The notes under the pieces were generated by a model. That model did no database searches, had not been told where the DNA came from, and worked only from the letters and a program-made list of their open reading frames with translations. Made by a program: the position numbers and the translations under genes. Of a DNA stretch of 24,090 nt, positions 23,525 to 24,090 are shown in pieces (the first letter of the stretch is position 1; the number at the start of each line of letters is the position of its first letter). The DNA is taken from the NCBI RefSeq assembly GCF_006345805.1, contig NW_021836464.1, forward strand, positions 1 to 24,090. Reading direction: 5' to 3'. The stretch comes from Octopus sinensis (Eukaryota).

Positions 23525-23949
23525 CATATATACATATATGTATATAAATGCATATATAGGTATATGTTATTTTTTATATGTATTCATACATATGTATATA
23601 TTCACATACACATATAGATGTATATATGTGTGAATTCGTAATTCTAGTGTACACACATTTAATTAACTGGAACAACGACAACCTCTAAACAATTAAAGTA
23701 AACATGGCATAAGAGTTTCCCCTCTCTGCAGAATGTATCTGACATCATTCAAGTTCTCACGTTCTTTAGAAGCGAATGTGCTTAGACAAACTAGGAAGAA
23801 AATGAAAGACATGTTTCGCAATAGCCATCGCGTTTATATACCTGTACACATACCTGCATATATACATGTCTATTTTTTAAATCTTTATTTCTTATTTTTA
23901 TGATGAGAAACTATTAAGCTTACAACTGTTGGAGAAACTGCCATGTATA

Positions 23950-24090
23950 GGCGCAGGAGTGGCTGTGTGGTAAGTAGCTTGTTTACCAACCACATGGTTC
24001 GGGTTCAGTCCCACTGCGTGGCACCTTGGGCAAGTGTCTTCTACTATAGCCTCGGGCCGACCAAAGCCTTGTGAGTGGATTTGGTAGACG
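23950..24090 (+). mobile_element. tRNA-derived SINE 5' part (same family as 20513), cut by the window end
   Basis: ggcgcaggagtggctgtgtggtaag (A-box-like), ggttcagtccc (B-box-like), CORE-like ggcaccttgggcaagtgtctt. Confidence 0.85.

Larger units (their letters stand above)
21027..23630. repeat. Series of TA/CA/TG-type microsatellites (21027-21190, 21917-22120, 22376-22695, 22850-22915, 23448-23630)
   Basis: Directly visible; separated by short non-microsatellite spacers. Confidence 0.93.

Noticed and set aside
23950-24020. tRNA gene candidates from A/B boxes (also at ~1640-1710 and ~11690-11760)
   Set aside because: No complete cloverleaf, and each continues into a SINE body, so they are SINE heads.

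Overview
Eukaryotic, AT-rich, repeat-saturated DNA (intergenic or deep intronic). The SINE families resemble those I recall from Octopus/coleoid cephalopods; this is inference, not a database result. I can support no intact host gene, and most listed ORFs are microsatellite read-through or pieces of dead transposons. The window holds a possible very decayed Gypsy-like integrase remnant, a Tc1/mariner-type MITE with a nested SINE, and a 5'-truncated Neptune-type Penelope-like element (RT + GIY-YIG). It also holds four pieces of R4/Dong-like RLE non-LTR retrotransposons (one near full length), at least seven clear tRNA-derived SINE copies (several with visible target-site duplications), a Penelope-type minimal hammerhead ribozyme motif inside a 29-bp hairpin, and many microsatellites including a ~1 kb GAA tract. 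The best leads are an RLE retrotransposon that may target (TACA)n microsatellites, modular head/tail swapping among SINEs, two SINEs sharing one triplicated target site, and the hammerhead fold-back. I see no compelling evidence of a wholly new biological system.
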